From Octopus bimaculoides (Eukaryota), in contig NC_068984.1 in the NCBI RefSeq assembly GCF_001194135.2, positions 120,105,034 through 120,169,033 of the forward strand: 64,000 nt of DNA, read 5' to 3'. A program made the translations under genes and the position numbers. Shown here one piece after another: positions 42,316 through 55,664 of the stretch. Positions within the stretch are counted from its first letter, which is position 1. The number at the start of each line of letters is the position of its first letter. Below the pieces are notes generated by a model, which saw nothing but the letters and a program-made list of their open reading frames with translations, had not been told where the DNA came from and did no database searches.

Positions 42316-44071
42316 CTAATTTAGAGACGAACCACCACTCTACAGCTCAGTCAACTCAGAAACCGTCCAAATCCATGCTGTGAGGCATATACCGTCTAAT
42401 ATATCTAAGATTTTAATCTAAAAATTTAAATTAAATAATATTTTACATATATAAATCATAGAAATATTAATTTAGAAGAATTTTAAAGTTAAAATTATAA
42501 ATTGGACAGTAAAGAACAGAAATTTAATGAACTCTACGGGCCTTAGTAAATACATTTGGGAACTTAAATCTAAAAGAATAGAATACGAGTTAAAATGGGA
42601 AATAGTTTGCAAGGCTAAATCATATAAGATAGGGAATAAATTTTGCTTATTATGTCCTAACGAATTTAAAGAGATATTATTAGCTAATAAAAAATTGTTT
42701 AACTCCCACGGTGAACGTAATATTAAATGCAGACATAAATTAAATTACTTATATAATAAGTTTAGATAACTAACTTATTTACTTAAACCTAGGATTAGGT
42801 ACCAACTTATAGTTATGATCAGTAGCGTAAGGTACATCAAATTAGCTTTAGAATACACTTTAATCATCTCAATGTTATACAAATTGGAACATATAACTAC
42901 CTTTACTTTAAGTATTCATCGATAACATGAGCAGTCTTTTACAAAGTTTCATAACATTTTTTAAGTAATACATAACTTTCGTATTTGGTATAGTTATTAT
43001 TTTGTGTAAATCTGAGAGTTTTAAGTATTTTAGTATTATAAATCTTCAATAAACTTTTTATTTTAGGTAGGTTTTTCTTTTTCGAATATTTTCGTTATTA
43101 CCTCTGGTAATGGACGCCATGTTTATCACGTGACTTTTCAGTACTAATTTTCATAGCATTATTTACGTAATATAGAATTTTTGTATGTGTATAGTTATTA
43201 CTCTGCGTTAATTTGCTAGTTTAAGTGTTTTAGTATTTTTATTCCTCAAGAATCTTTTTATTTTAGGTAGATTTTCTTTTTCGATATTTTCGTTATTATT
43301 TTAGAAATTATAATTCGCATGTGCTTCTGGGTAATAGATACCATATTTATCACATGACCTTTTAGTATAAATTCTATAACACAGCCATTTTGATTTAGTC
43401 TACATTTACCCACCGACAGGTAAGTCATGTTTTCTTATTTTAATTTTATAAACAATATTGACATCCATCTTTTAGTAACTTTATACACTGACACATTATT
43501 TTACTATTATCTACTTATTCCATAATGTTTTAACCTTGTTTACTATAATACACTTTTTCAATATTTTTAGATTGTAACTCTTAATATTAATACCGTTAAT
43601 GTAGAGATTAGTTTACAAATTTTGTCTCTTTATATATATATATTTTTATTTCTCAAGTTTATGTTTATTCCTTGAATGATTTTAGGTATTTTCTTAGGGA
43701 TTTGACTTGAAGAGTGACTGATTTTGGGAGTAAAATCATTTCCCCGTTCTAATGAACTCGGATAGAATTTGCTTATGATTTTATATAGTCCTATTTCAGC
43801 CATGAAACGCCCGTAGTCTACATACTAGCACTAACTTTTTATATCTATACTTCTATACTGCATATTATCGTATTAATTTTTACTGTCCAATTTATAATTT
43901 TAACTTTTAAATTTTTCTAAATTAATATTTATATGATATATTTATGTAATATTTTATTTGATTAAAATTTTTAGATTAAATCTTAGATATATTAGATGGT
44001 ATATGCCTCACAGCATGGATTTGGATGGGTTCTGAGTTGTTGAGTGGTGGCTCGTCTCTAAATTAGTAATA
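42312..44071 (+). mobile_element. 5'-truncated Penelope-like element with ~200-bp inverted terminal arms
   Basis: ORF 42527-42769 (NSTGLSKYIWELK...WEIVCKAKSY...CLLC...CRH) is a PLE GIY-YIG C-terminus. 42312-42512 is the reverse complement of 43879-44071. Internal ~140-bp direct repeat at ~43019 and ~43218. Flanked by (TA)n. Confidence 0.8.
43704..43818 (+). ncRNA. degenerate type I hammerhead-ribozyme-like motif in the PLE 3' region
   Basis: GAC|TTGAAGA|GTGACTGA...TCAGCCAT|GAAA CG CC CGT A|GTC: core, 7/8-bp stem II, GAAA, minimal stem III and 3-bp stem I. Deviates from the canonical core (U3, G.U closing pair). Confidence 0.4.
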
Positions 44072-44166
44072 TACATATATATTATATATATTAGGAAACC
44101 TGGTGTAATATTATACCGATTTTTACCTGTAAGGTTGGAATAAATTTTTTTAGTCCCTATTATTAC

Positions 44167-44228
<62 letters not shown>

Positions 44229-44537
44229 NNNNNNNNNNNNNNNNNNNNNNNNNNNNNNNNNNNNNNNNNNNNNNNNNNNNNNNNNNNNNNNNNNNNNNNN
44301 NNNNNNNNNNNNNNNNNNNNNNNNNNNNNNNNNNNNNNNATTACCTGTATCTTTAGGGTTTGGTTGACTCCAATACCCTTCGTAACCTTTATATATATAC
44401 ATATGTATATATATATATATATATATACACATATATATGCATATATATATAATATAACATATATATATATGCATATATATATAATACAATATAATATAAC
44501 ATATATATATATATATGCATATATATATAATTCAATA

Positions 44538-44574
<37 letters not shown>

Positions 44575-44704
44575 CAGCAAAATTGAAATGTTTGTATATG
44601 TTATTATATCTTAGTAGTTTGTATTTATTATGCCCTTGTTATTGTTGTTATTGATATTAGCAGTATTATGAGGAGTTGACACACATGATAGATGAGTGGA
44701 TTAA

Positions 44705-44922
44705 CCCTTTTGAGACCAACCTGCCTGAAGCCACATCTTGATCTATAATATAAATTCCTTGTGTGAAAGTGATCAGATATAAAAAGATCCATCAAAATTT
44801 CACGTTAATTTATATTCAGAATATCAGCTTAGTAATGAAAATATATTTTTAATTCTTCATCCTTTTCGAAAGTAATTAAAAGAAAAGCAATGTATTTAGA
44901 CAGAAAAATGGTAACAAAATGG
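44705..44922. mobile_element. TTAA-flanked MITE, opposite orientation, diverged
   Basis: TTAA|CCCTTTTGAGACC...GGTAACAAAATGG|TTAT; reverse-complement similarity to 8034-8257. Confidence 0.65.
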
Positions 44923-46029
44923 TTATCTTGTAATAGTCAGTTATGAATTCAAATTCCACTATTGGAAACTTTATCTTTCATTCTTACAGGATTGATAAAA
45001 TAAATACCAAACATTTACCACTCATAACAATTCAATCAACTCTATACATTTACACTAAATTTGAGACTTCGTGACAGGATTATACATTACAACTAATAGT
45101 TTCCCAAAATTTTCATTTCTCTATGTGACATCTTGCAGATCATTGAAATAATTCATACTTCTACATATCTAACTTAACTCTGGCTTTGTCATTATTTCAC
45201 TCCAGGTAATATTTGACCTAACAGACATGTGATCAAATATGTTTTATGGATGATCATCCTGTCCTTTTTTTATCAGATATATTTTCTTCTTATTGAAACA
45301 TAATTGGCATGCTGAGCAAAATGCCTAGCAGTATTTCATTTGTCTTAAAGTTTTGAGTTCCAATTTCACCAAGACTGACTTTGCCTTTCGTCCTTTCAGG
45401 GTTGATAAAAAACAAAGAACCAGATAAGCACTGGGGTCGATGTAATTGACTTAACTACTCCTGGGTATGAGTATAAAAAAACTGCATCCCTCTGACAAGT
45501 CATGTCAAGCCAGTGTGGCAGCGTAGGCTCATCAAACCAATATGAACTCAAGCTCAAATCCATGACCACATCAGACCATGGTTGGTGGAGAGAGCATGCT
45601 GAGGCTCTCACTCTGCTGCGAACTGAATATGGGTAATCCAATCCAAGCCAGTCCAATCCAGTCCAGACTTGAGGAAGATTTGGCTGCTCCTTTCCTGTTG
45701 TTTACAAGTCAAGTGACTATGTAGAGACTCCCTTGGCTTGTACTTGATTTGTATCTTAAATAGATAATTAGTCATCTTATATGGCTCCACCTGGAGATTA
45801 TAATATTGCTAAACTCACTTCTCATGCTTTGACCCAGAATAATGTATGCCTAAAGCTTATGAGTGCTGGAACTCATAAGATTTTGGTTACTATCCCAATC
45901 ACTCTAACAGTTTAGTCATTATACTGCAGTAAACTAATTTCCCAACTAATCTATATCATACCAGTTTTAGATTTTTCTTCTTTTTTTCATAAAACTTCAA
46001 AATAAATGAGAGTAATTATTTACTATCTA

Positions 46030-46068
<39 letters not shown>

Positions 46069-47152
46069 TGTGCATACAGACTTTCATACATGCATGTGCA
46101 TATGTATGTGTATACACTCTAATAAGCAACAAGAAACAGCTTTTAGATGCTGTTTTTACTTCTTTTTTGACAAACTGCCAAAAAGTGTTTATCCTTTTGA
46201 TTTTGTTGATAAAACACGTTTTGGTAAAAGTTTAATATTTACAAAAGAATTTCAAACAGACACTTAAAAGTTAATTCTAGACACAGGTATGTATGTGTGT
46301 GTGTATATTTGCTTGTGTGCATGTGTGTATATATGCATATATGTATGTATGTGTATATATAAATATATATGTATATATATATGCATATAAATATATATAT
46401 ATACACACACATATACATACATATATACATATATATACATACATATATATATATATATATACACACATATATATGTATATACATATATATATATATGTAT
46501 GTATATATATGTATATATGTATGTATATGTGTGTGTATATATATATATTTATATGCATATATATATACATATATATATATATGACTACAGTTTCAAAACA
46601 CACGTCATCCAAACTATACTGAACAGTATACATTCATTGTTTCTTCATGCTACCTTTTAATATAAATCGAATTGCTTGCTGAGATCTTCAAATAATTCTT
46701 CTAAAAGAAACATCACTTTTTTTCTTTTTGACTTTTATTGTTGTTTGCGTTGCTGATTTGTACATAAACACACTGTTGTGGTGTCTCAGAGAGAGTTTGG
46801 CATGCAAACATAATGATCAGGAAAAGAAATAAATACTGTATGTTGCCAAAACTGAAAAATAAGATGAAACAAAGCAGCAATAACACCAGCATTTTCTTCT
46901 ATGTATTAGCAGTAGACTTTTGGAGAGATACGTCAACATAGTAAGTCGTTTTCTTATTCAGTTATTTACAGTTGAAGCCTGACGACAGATGTGCATTAAA
47001 CATCAAAAATTATTATTATGCTTTTTATTATTAAATGACTGTAAAACAATGAGCTAGTGGAACTGTTAGCACATTGGACAAAACGTTTAGCAACATTTCA
47101 GCTGTTTTTATGTTCTGAGCTCAAATTCCATTGTGATTCAGTTTGCCTTTAA

Positions 47153-47372
47153 CCCTTTTGTTACTGTATTTATTTTGAGATGCTCTGTGTTTCTTTCAAT
47201 TACTTTAAATATAACAAAGAATTTAGTAAAATAACTTAGTTATCATTCAGCTAGTGTTAGGAACATAAATTGTGACGAAGGTTTGGTGGAAGATTTTAAT
47301 TCAAAACTTATGAAAACAAGACATGTGTACTCAGAGCCAGAGCCAGTTTCAGCCGAGTTGGTAATGAAAGGG
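47153..47372. mobile_element. TTAA-flanked MITE
   Basis: TTAA|CCCTTTTGTTAC...GTAATGAAAGGG|TAAA. Confidence 0.75.
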
Positions 47373-47599
47373 TAAATTTGAAGCCATTATTAGAACCATT
47401 AGCACACCTTGTAGATCAACCTTAATTCTAATGAAAGTTCTTTGTAGTTTAAGCATCTTATCACCCCATTTGATACTAACCAGCTCAAAACTACCCGTGG
47501 TTCTATTCTACAGACTTCCTGTGTTAAAGTGATTTAAATTAAAAACTTCATTTTTGTTTCAAATACCAACTTAATAACAACGAAATTCTTTCTTCTTTC

Positions 47600-47780
47600 T
47601 TGCCTTTAACCCTCCAACGCAGAGTATAGGCCACTTAAAATTGAATTCCATGTTGCATAATTTTTCGCTTCTGTGCTTATACTCTGTCATGAATGTCCCC
47701 CTTTCTCTAGTTCCTTTTGTGTTGATCTACACCACGAGTTCTTAGGCCTACCCCTCTTTCTATATCCATCCGGATTCCAC
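47600..47780 (-). mobile_element. RTE LINE 3' fragment
   Basis: Minus strand: WNPDGYRKRGRPKNSWCRSTQKEL, the RTE C-terminal 'GKRxRGRP..W' motif. Confidence 0.7.
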
Positions 47781-48103
47781 TTTATTATTTTCAAAATCAA
47801 TTGAAACAATACAGTGTATTTCAGTGGAAATTTGGTGAAAAAAAAAGTTAAGATATATGATAGCTGAACAAATAAGGAACCAAAATCCTAGTTGAGCAAA
47901 TAGATCAGATATAACACCTAATATATATTGATTTCAAACTTTGGCACAAGGTTACATTGTCTCCAGTAAACAGTTAATACTTTTTGTATTGATAAAAGAC
48001 AAAGTCGACTTTGACAAAATTTGAACTCAGAACATAGACAGATGAAATGCTGCTTAGCATTTTGTCCAGCATGCTAATGATTCTGCCAGCTCACTGTTTT
48101 TTT

Positions 48104-48477
48104 TTTATTCTTTTACTTGTTTCAGTCATTTGACTGCGGCCATGCTGGAACACTGCCTTTAGTTGAGCAAATTAACCAGGATTTATTCTTTGTAAGCCTA
48201 GTACTTATTCTATTGGTTTTTTTGCTGAACCACTAAGTTACGGGGGTGTAAATACACCAGCATCGGTTGTCAAGCGATGTTGGAGGGACAAGCACAGACA
48301 CACAAACATATACACACATATACATATATATGTACATATATATGACGGGATTCTTTCAGTTTCTGTCTACCAAATCCACTCATAAGGCTTTGGTCGGCTC
48401 GATGCTATAGTAGAAGACACTTTCCCGGAACCATGTGGTTGGTAAGCAAGCTACTTACCACACAGCCACTCCTGCAC
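48104..48477 (-). mobile_element. SINE B/C, minus strand, internal deletion
   Basis: Reverse complement of 48849-49257. Confidence 0.8.
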
Positions 48478-48848
48478 TTAACATAACATTTAAAACCTAC
48501 TATTGTGTAAATGCTTAGGACAAGGAACAAAGGGACTTTCAGTATTTAGTTTTGTATTCCTAAATTTTAAGTTCAACCCTTACCTGAGCTAACTTAGTCT
48601 TTCATCCTTCCAGAGGCAATAAAATGCACACACGCACACATGATGGGCTTCCATACAAACTTTTTACCTATCAGATTGGCCTCAGTCAGCCTCAGCCTAT
48701 AATAGAAGACATTTTTCCAAGGTGCTGTGAAGTAGGACTGAACCTAAAACTTCATGGTAGCAAAGCAAACTTGTAAACCACACAGCTATGCCTGTACCTG
48801 TCTAAATATTTTTCTTCTCTTTTCTTTTTGAAAATTGTATGTGCATAT

Positions 48849-49257
48849 AGGTGCAGGAGTGGCTGTGTGATAAGAAGCTTGCTTCCCAATCACATGGTTC
48901 TGGGTTCAGTCCTACTGCATGGCACCTTGGACAAGTGTCTTCTACTATAGCTTTGGGATAACCAAAGCCTTGTGAGGGGATTTGGTAGACAGAAACTGAA
49001 AGAAGTCAGTCATATATCTATATATATATATGTTATATATGAGTGTGTTTGTGTGTCTATGTTTGTCCCCCCACCATCGCTCGACAACTGATGTTGGTGT
49101 GTTTACATCTCTGTAACTTAGCAGTTCAGCAAAAGAAACCAATAGAACAAGTACTAGGCTTACAAAGAATAAGTCTTGGGGTCGATTTGTTTGACTAGAG
49201 GCGGTGCTCTAGCATGGCTGCAGTCAATGACTGAATCAAGTAAAAGAATAAAAGAAT
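48849..49257 (+). mobile_element. complete SINE B/C
   Basis: Same organisation as 24514. Further copies at ~20915-21340, 26824-27150, 53405-54080, 56925-57210, 61789-62508 (+) and ~5880-6135, 14384-14717, 18200-18375, 26380-26580, 40480-40600, 48590-48800, 50840-50960 (-). Confidence 0.85.
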
Positions 49258-50414
49258 ATTGTTATGAGTTCAAATCCTGCTTAGGTTGATTTCATTCCTC
49301 ACATCTCCAGGGTTGATAAAATAATTTTGAATGAAATGATATGCTGGAGTTGATTCAGACAGCAGTAACATGTCCTCATAAAATAAATGTTTTAATGTTG
49401 TATTTTTATGAGGAATCATTATTTTCTGACATGCACAAAAAATGGTACCAAAGCATTCTCCATTTGGGATTATTGACTCTATTGACTGAAATGCAGAAAA
49501 TCAAAACAACTGAAAGAAATGGAAACCTATGATTTACCAATTGTAAATTATAAAATATTTTGGTTCAAATTTACTACCATATTTCACCATAGTTACTAAC
49601 TTCCATATTGCTGAATATTACAAACATCAATCAACCACCATTTATTTATCTATTTATTTTTCCTTGAAACATTAATTTTTTTTGTTTTTTATTTATTTAC
49701 TTACGTATTTATATAGTTATTTTAAATTTTGCTTTTGGCAAAGAACATGTTTCTCAAGTACACATACAGTCTATTCTGTATGAGGGAAATATCAGAAGAC
49801 TTGAGAAACCATAAAGTTTCTAACTATATTGATTTGGAATGGAACGAAATGGTGAAAGAAGTGAAGCAAAATGTAACAGATGCATTGCTTTCCTATCTTC
49901 CTGAAAAATAAATTCAATATTTAGATGGTTTCTAATCAATGTATTTCTTATTTTGATTATTCTGGTTTTCTTCATAAACAATATTTGAATAGCATAAGTT
50001 TTATTTGAAGCAGTTTGGCAAGCTGGAAAAACTTTTAAGAAGTCTTCTATTGAATTCAAAGTGTTTTAAGCTTTGAGGTAGACATTGGAGACTAAATACA
50101 TTCTTATTTCATGATAATGAAATATTTTACACATTCTGTTTCAATTTTCTTTCTTTTACTTTTTTTTTTTATCTAAATTTGTCTGAATTCCTGCGGAGAT
50201 TTTTATTGTTCATGTAGTAGAGTAGTCTCATGGCCCATAAATGGTTGTTGCAGAAAGTGCCTTTTGACCATTTGAAAGCATTTAATGGCTTGCTTCAGTT
50301 AACCTAACTGGAAAATATTTATATTCTAGATTAGAAGACAAACTTCATAGCATTAAAATATTCTTTGAAAATGAAATGCTAAATTTACAATGTAAATTTT
50401 TTGAGATATTCTTC

Positions 50415-50478
<64 letters not shown>

Positions 50479-51826
50479 CATTATTATTATGATGATGATG
50501 ATCATCATCATCGTCATTTTCATTTTAATGCTCAATTTTCCATGCCTGCATGGGTCAGATAGTGTTTGTTGAGGCAGATTTTCTAAAACAGAATACACTT
50601 TCTGTTGCCAATCCTTGCCTGTTTCCAAGCAAGATAATATTTTCCCATGGCTGGACACATTTTACAAGGAAGATTAGAAATGAGCAACACCTTTTGTATG
50701 ATGGTGACACTCACAAAAATTGTGCAATGTCAAGGCAATGTGACACAAACACACACACACACACATACACCAATATACAGAAACACATGTTTACATACAT
50801 ACACACATGCATGCATGTATGTATGTATGGATGCATGCATGATGGACAACTTTCAGTTTCCATGTACGAAATCCCCATACAAGGCTTTGGTTAGCCCAGA
50901 GCTAAATAGAAGACACTTGCCTACGGTACCATGCAGTGGGACTGAACCTGAAACCACAATCAGTTCTAGAGTATTTCATAATCTCTCTCTTTCTCTCTCA
51001 CTCTCTGTCTCTCTCACTCTCTGTATCTCTCACTCTCGCTCACTCTCTCTCTCTCACTCTCTCTCTCTCTCTCTTCTTATTAATGATCAAGATAAGGGTT
51101 TATTTTAAAATAAATTTTTTTAAAAATTGCCCCCAGCATGGCCACAGTCTAATGGCTGAAATAACTAAAAGTTAAAAATGTATGATGAATTCAGAGATTT
51201 AAAAAAATGTGTATTTTCCTACACTGCATTTCAGTCACTCCAGCATAATTTCCACTCACATACTTATATTGGCAAGGTTGTTCTATAAATTGGTAGCATA
51301 TTTATAATGGGTGCTCTTTTTGGTGCCAGCTATTCTATTCTGAAGAGAGAATGGTAAATATTTCTAGTAAATGTTTATAGCAAGATTTGCATAATAATCT
51401 CTTGTTTGGTTGTCTAGCATTTTCATATCTCAGCTATTGTGTCTCATAAACAGAAAGAATTCTTTATCTAGGAACTATATTCTAACAGCTGACTAAAAGC
51501 CAGGAAGCATAACCAATATTCAAATATTCAAGTAGATAGTTTTGGAGAACAAGTCATGTTGGCAATGAATCTTGAATTTTGTTTGAAGCATTTTATCCTA
51601 GGTAAGATAATTATAAATCTTTTGAGGTATTTAAGGGAGGTAAAGAGGAGCTGCTGGAAAGTTAGTAGTTGACTAAGCAGGCATTAAAAAAAAAATGTTG
51701 TAGTTGAGAATCTTCATAGAGAAACATAGTTATAGATTATATTTTATAAACCTCTTTTATCGGACTATTCTGAATGAAATATAATTGATTTCGAAGAATG
51801 AAATATATTCAATAATGATAATGATG

Positions 51827-51860
<34 letters not shown>

Positions 51861-52330
51861 TAATAATAAAAAAATCTTACTGTTACTAGTGTGTCTGACA
51901 AACTAATATAAAATAATGTATCAATGCAGAAACTGAAACGTTTACAAAAAGTATCAATAAATAAAAGTAGAGAGTAAAGTGAAAGGAAAAAAAAAAAACA
52001 ACGGGCAGAAAGGTCAATATTTTGAGAAGATATTTTCGTTGTTGTTGGTAGTGTTTTGTATTCTTTTCTTTCAGTAGACATGTCTTAATTAGTAGGAAAT
52101 CAATTTGGATGCAAAATAATTTGTTTCCTCAGGTGAGGGAAGGATAGGTAAGAAACAATTGAAAGTGAAGAAATTCGGAATGGATAAATAAAATAGAAAG
52201 CCAAACTGAATCGCTCCTCATAATGGAACCATTCAGACATTTATATAAAACGTGGAATTAATTATGCTATGAGAACCAATTTTCTAGAAATAATCTTGCC
52301 AAGATTTCTTTTTACTCTTCTGAAGTTTAG

Positions 52331-52364
52331 CTGGTGGCTAAGACTAAGAAAGCATCTATTGGAA
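52331..52364 (+). CDS. candidate 34-nt micro-exon
   Basis: TTTCTTTTTACTCTTCTGAAGTTTAG acceptor and GAA|GTAAGT donor; WWLRLRKHLLE or LVAKTKKASIG. Confidence 0.25.
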
Positions 52365-53307
52365 GTAAGTAACTGTATTAAAAGATATTTCTATGGCACT
52401 ATTATTTGCTGGGACAGTGCATTTGTATGCTGTACATAGATTTGGAAAATTCTGGAAGTGATGTTAGGATCAACCTCGCTGAATAAGAAAGTTATCTGGT
52501 ATTTAATCAGATTAACTATAATGTACTTGTATGAATGTGGAAGATGGCCAGAAAGGTATAAAAATCACTTTAGTATATTAACTGTTACCTACTTTATATT
52601 TGTATCATTTGAAGGTCATGAAGCAAAATGGTTGCAAAAACTATGATAATATAAATTTTGTTATCAAATTTGTTTTCTGTCATATTTCTTTCTTCCTTTG
52701 GCACTAGCCTTGTCCTTCCTTCTTTCCTTCAGTCAGGGTCAACTTTATGGAATTCTCTCCTCACTCACATTTTCCCTAAAGGTCACATTATCTTACAGAT
52801 ACACAAGCTGAACATAAAGTGAATTGATCTCATCAAACTCATAGGTCTTATTCTGCTATATGGGCACTGCTCTCTCCTCATGACCAGGACAGTAAAACAA
52901 AATCAAGCAAAGAGACAACAAAAAGAACAATAAAACAGGGTCAGTTTGTTATGCAGATAGTTATATAAAAATTAACACAACTCCATGATATAACTGGTAT
53001 TTTCTTTATCTTTAAACCTGCTTTGTCATAAGTAAGAATGGATGAATGAATGAATGGATGAACGAATGAATGAATGAGTGCATGAATGAATGACTGAATT
53101 AATGGCTGAATGTATGATTGAGTGGCTGACTGCATAAATAAATGAATGAATGAATGAACATGTTCATCCATATGATTGAGAATCTTGGGCCGCAGTCTAA
53201 CCTCTACTCTTTGCCACACACTGTATTCTCTTCTTGCAGTTCTACTCTCTGTCATGGTCTTTCACAACCAGTCTATGATGTCATAATTCCATCCTCATTT
53301 TTGTCTC

Positions 53308-53368
<61 letters not shown>

Positions 53369-54867
53369 GTGTGTGTGTGTGTGTATGCACATGTATGTAT
53401 ATATAGTGCAGGCATGGCTGTGTGGTAAGAAGTTTGCTTCCCAACCACTTGATTCCAGGTCCAGTCCCACTGTGTGGTACCTTGGGTAAGTGCTTTCTAC
53501 TATAGTCTCAGGCCGACCAAAGCCTTGTGGGTGGACTTGGTAGATGGAAATTGAAGGAAGCCTGCCATTTGTATATATATATATATATATATTTATGTAG
53601 CTGGTTGAAAAGGAACACACGAGTTATATATATGGAAAAAAAGTTAAGGTAGAAAATGCTAAAATAATTTTATAAAAAACATTGAGACTTTTTCAACTGT
53701 AAGTATGGAAAACAATTAAATTTTGGAAGAATTAAAAGAAAAGTTTAAAAAAAAAATATTTGCATAATATTCAAATACAAGGGACAATTTCCTTGTTTCT
53801 GCCTGTCTCTGTCTCTCTTGTTTACTCTTGTGGGTTCAAGGTTGTTGTGTATATGTATGTGTGTATGGTTTGTCCATCCACCATTGCTTGACAAACTATG
53901 TCGGTATGTTTACATCCCCTGTAACTTAACGGTTTGACAAAAGAGACCGACAGAATAAGTACTAGGCTTACAAAGAATAAGTACCGGGGGTCAATTTCTT
54001 TGACTAAAAAACCCTTTAAGGTGGTGCTCCAGCATGGCTGTAGTCAAATGACTGAAGCAAGTAAAAGAATAAAAAACAATAAAGGAATATCTATGCGTTC
54101 ATTTATTATGCATTCATAAAAATTGCTGAGTAGAGCAGGAGAGTGATTTGTGATGTGTGGTGTACATGAGAGATAAAGCAATAAAGTCACATTGCTGTAG
54201 CACATTGACCACACCATGCTATAAAAATCCAATGTTTTAGACTGCATTAGAAACAGTGCAATGCGAAGCAAAGCATTGCACAAGATCTTTGTGGTTCATA
54301 ATAATACTCGTTAACTGGTATGACCTTGCTTGCGGTTAGATAATTTGGATCTGTATTGCATAGCTTACTGATTAAGTTGCATCACTGCTTTGTTTGTTGG
54401 AGCTGCAACCTGCTCTCATTCTTCTATTCTTCTGTTCTGTTATACTGCTATTATGTAATTCTGTTAGTTGTTTGTTGTTTTCTAGCTGTTGTTGTTTCTG
54501 TATTTGTCAGAGTAATGAGGATTTTGATTGGTTGCCTTTGTTCCTTAATATTGTTTTCTATTGTTGTTGTTGCTGTTGCTTCTTTCTTGTTTTATTTTAT
54601 TTTTTTTTGTTATGTATCAATTTGTGAGCAATAGTATCATCGGTTATAGATATCTAGCTGATCAATCACCGGTTCACTGCCTTTGTGATAGCGAGAGTGA
54701 TAAGGGAATACCTAACCTGATGCAAGGGACTTCATAAAGCACTTGTTTTGTTTTTTGGTTTTCTCATTGATGTTTATGTCCTCTGCTGATGTAAATCAGC
54801 AAAGGTTACACAAATAAATACTTGTACACACGCAAATATACACACACTCTCATTCTTATTTGCATAG

Positions 54868-54913
<46 letters not shown>

Positions 54914-55615
54914 ACATGCACACAAAACAGTGTGGCATCATTCAAAGCTACAAAAATGTGACGAAATGCATTATGACCAGCGGTGTATAACACCATGCAA
55001 TNNNNNNNNNNNNNNNNNNNNNNNNNNNNNNNNNNNNNNNNNNNNNNNNNNNNNNNNNNNNNNNNNNNNNNNNNNNNNNNNNNNNNNNNNNNNNNNNNNN
55101 NNNNNNNNNNNNNNNNNNNNNNNNNNNNNNNNNNNNNNNNNNNNNNNNNNNNNNNNNNNNNNNNNNNNNNNNNNNNNNNNNNNNNNNNNNNNNNNNNNNN
55201 NNNNNNNNNNNNNNNNNNNNNNNNNNNNNNNNNNNNNNNNNNNNNNNNNNNNNNNNNNNNNNNNNNNNNNNNNNNNNNNNNNNNNNNNNNNNNNNNNNNN
55301 NNNNNNNNNNNNNNNNNNNNNNNNNNNNNNNNNNNNNNNNNNNNNNNNNNNNNNNNNNNNNNNNNNNNNNNNNNNNNNNNNNNNNNNNNNNNNNNNNNNN
55401 NNNNNNNNNNNNNNNNNNNNNNNNNNNNNNNNNNNNNNNNNNNNNNNNNNNNNNNNNNNNNNNNNNNNNNNNNNNNNNNNNNNNNNNNNNNNNNNNNNNN
55501 NNNNNNNNNNNNNNNNNNNNNNNNNNNNNNNNNNNNNNNNNNNNNNNNNNNNNNNNNATTTAAATATATACTTTAACCAAATAACACAAGCCTTCTGTAG
55601 TTTTTTCACTCTTAT

Positions 55616-55664
<49 letters not shown>

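Noticed and set aside
49729-50350. Several protein-looking short frames in unique AT-rich DNA
   Set aside because: No consistent splice signals or recognisable homology; frames are broken by stops.
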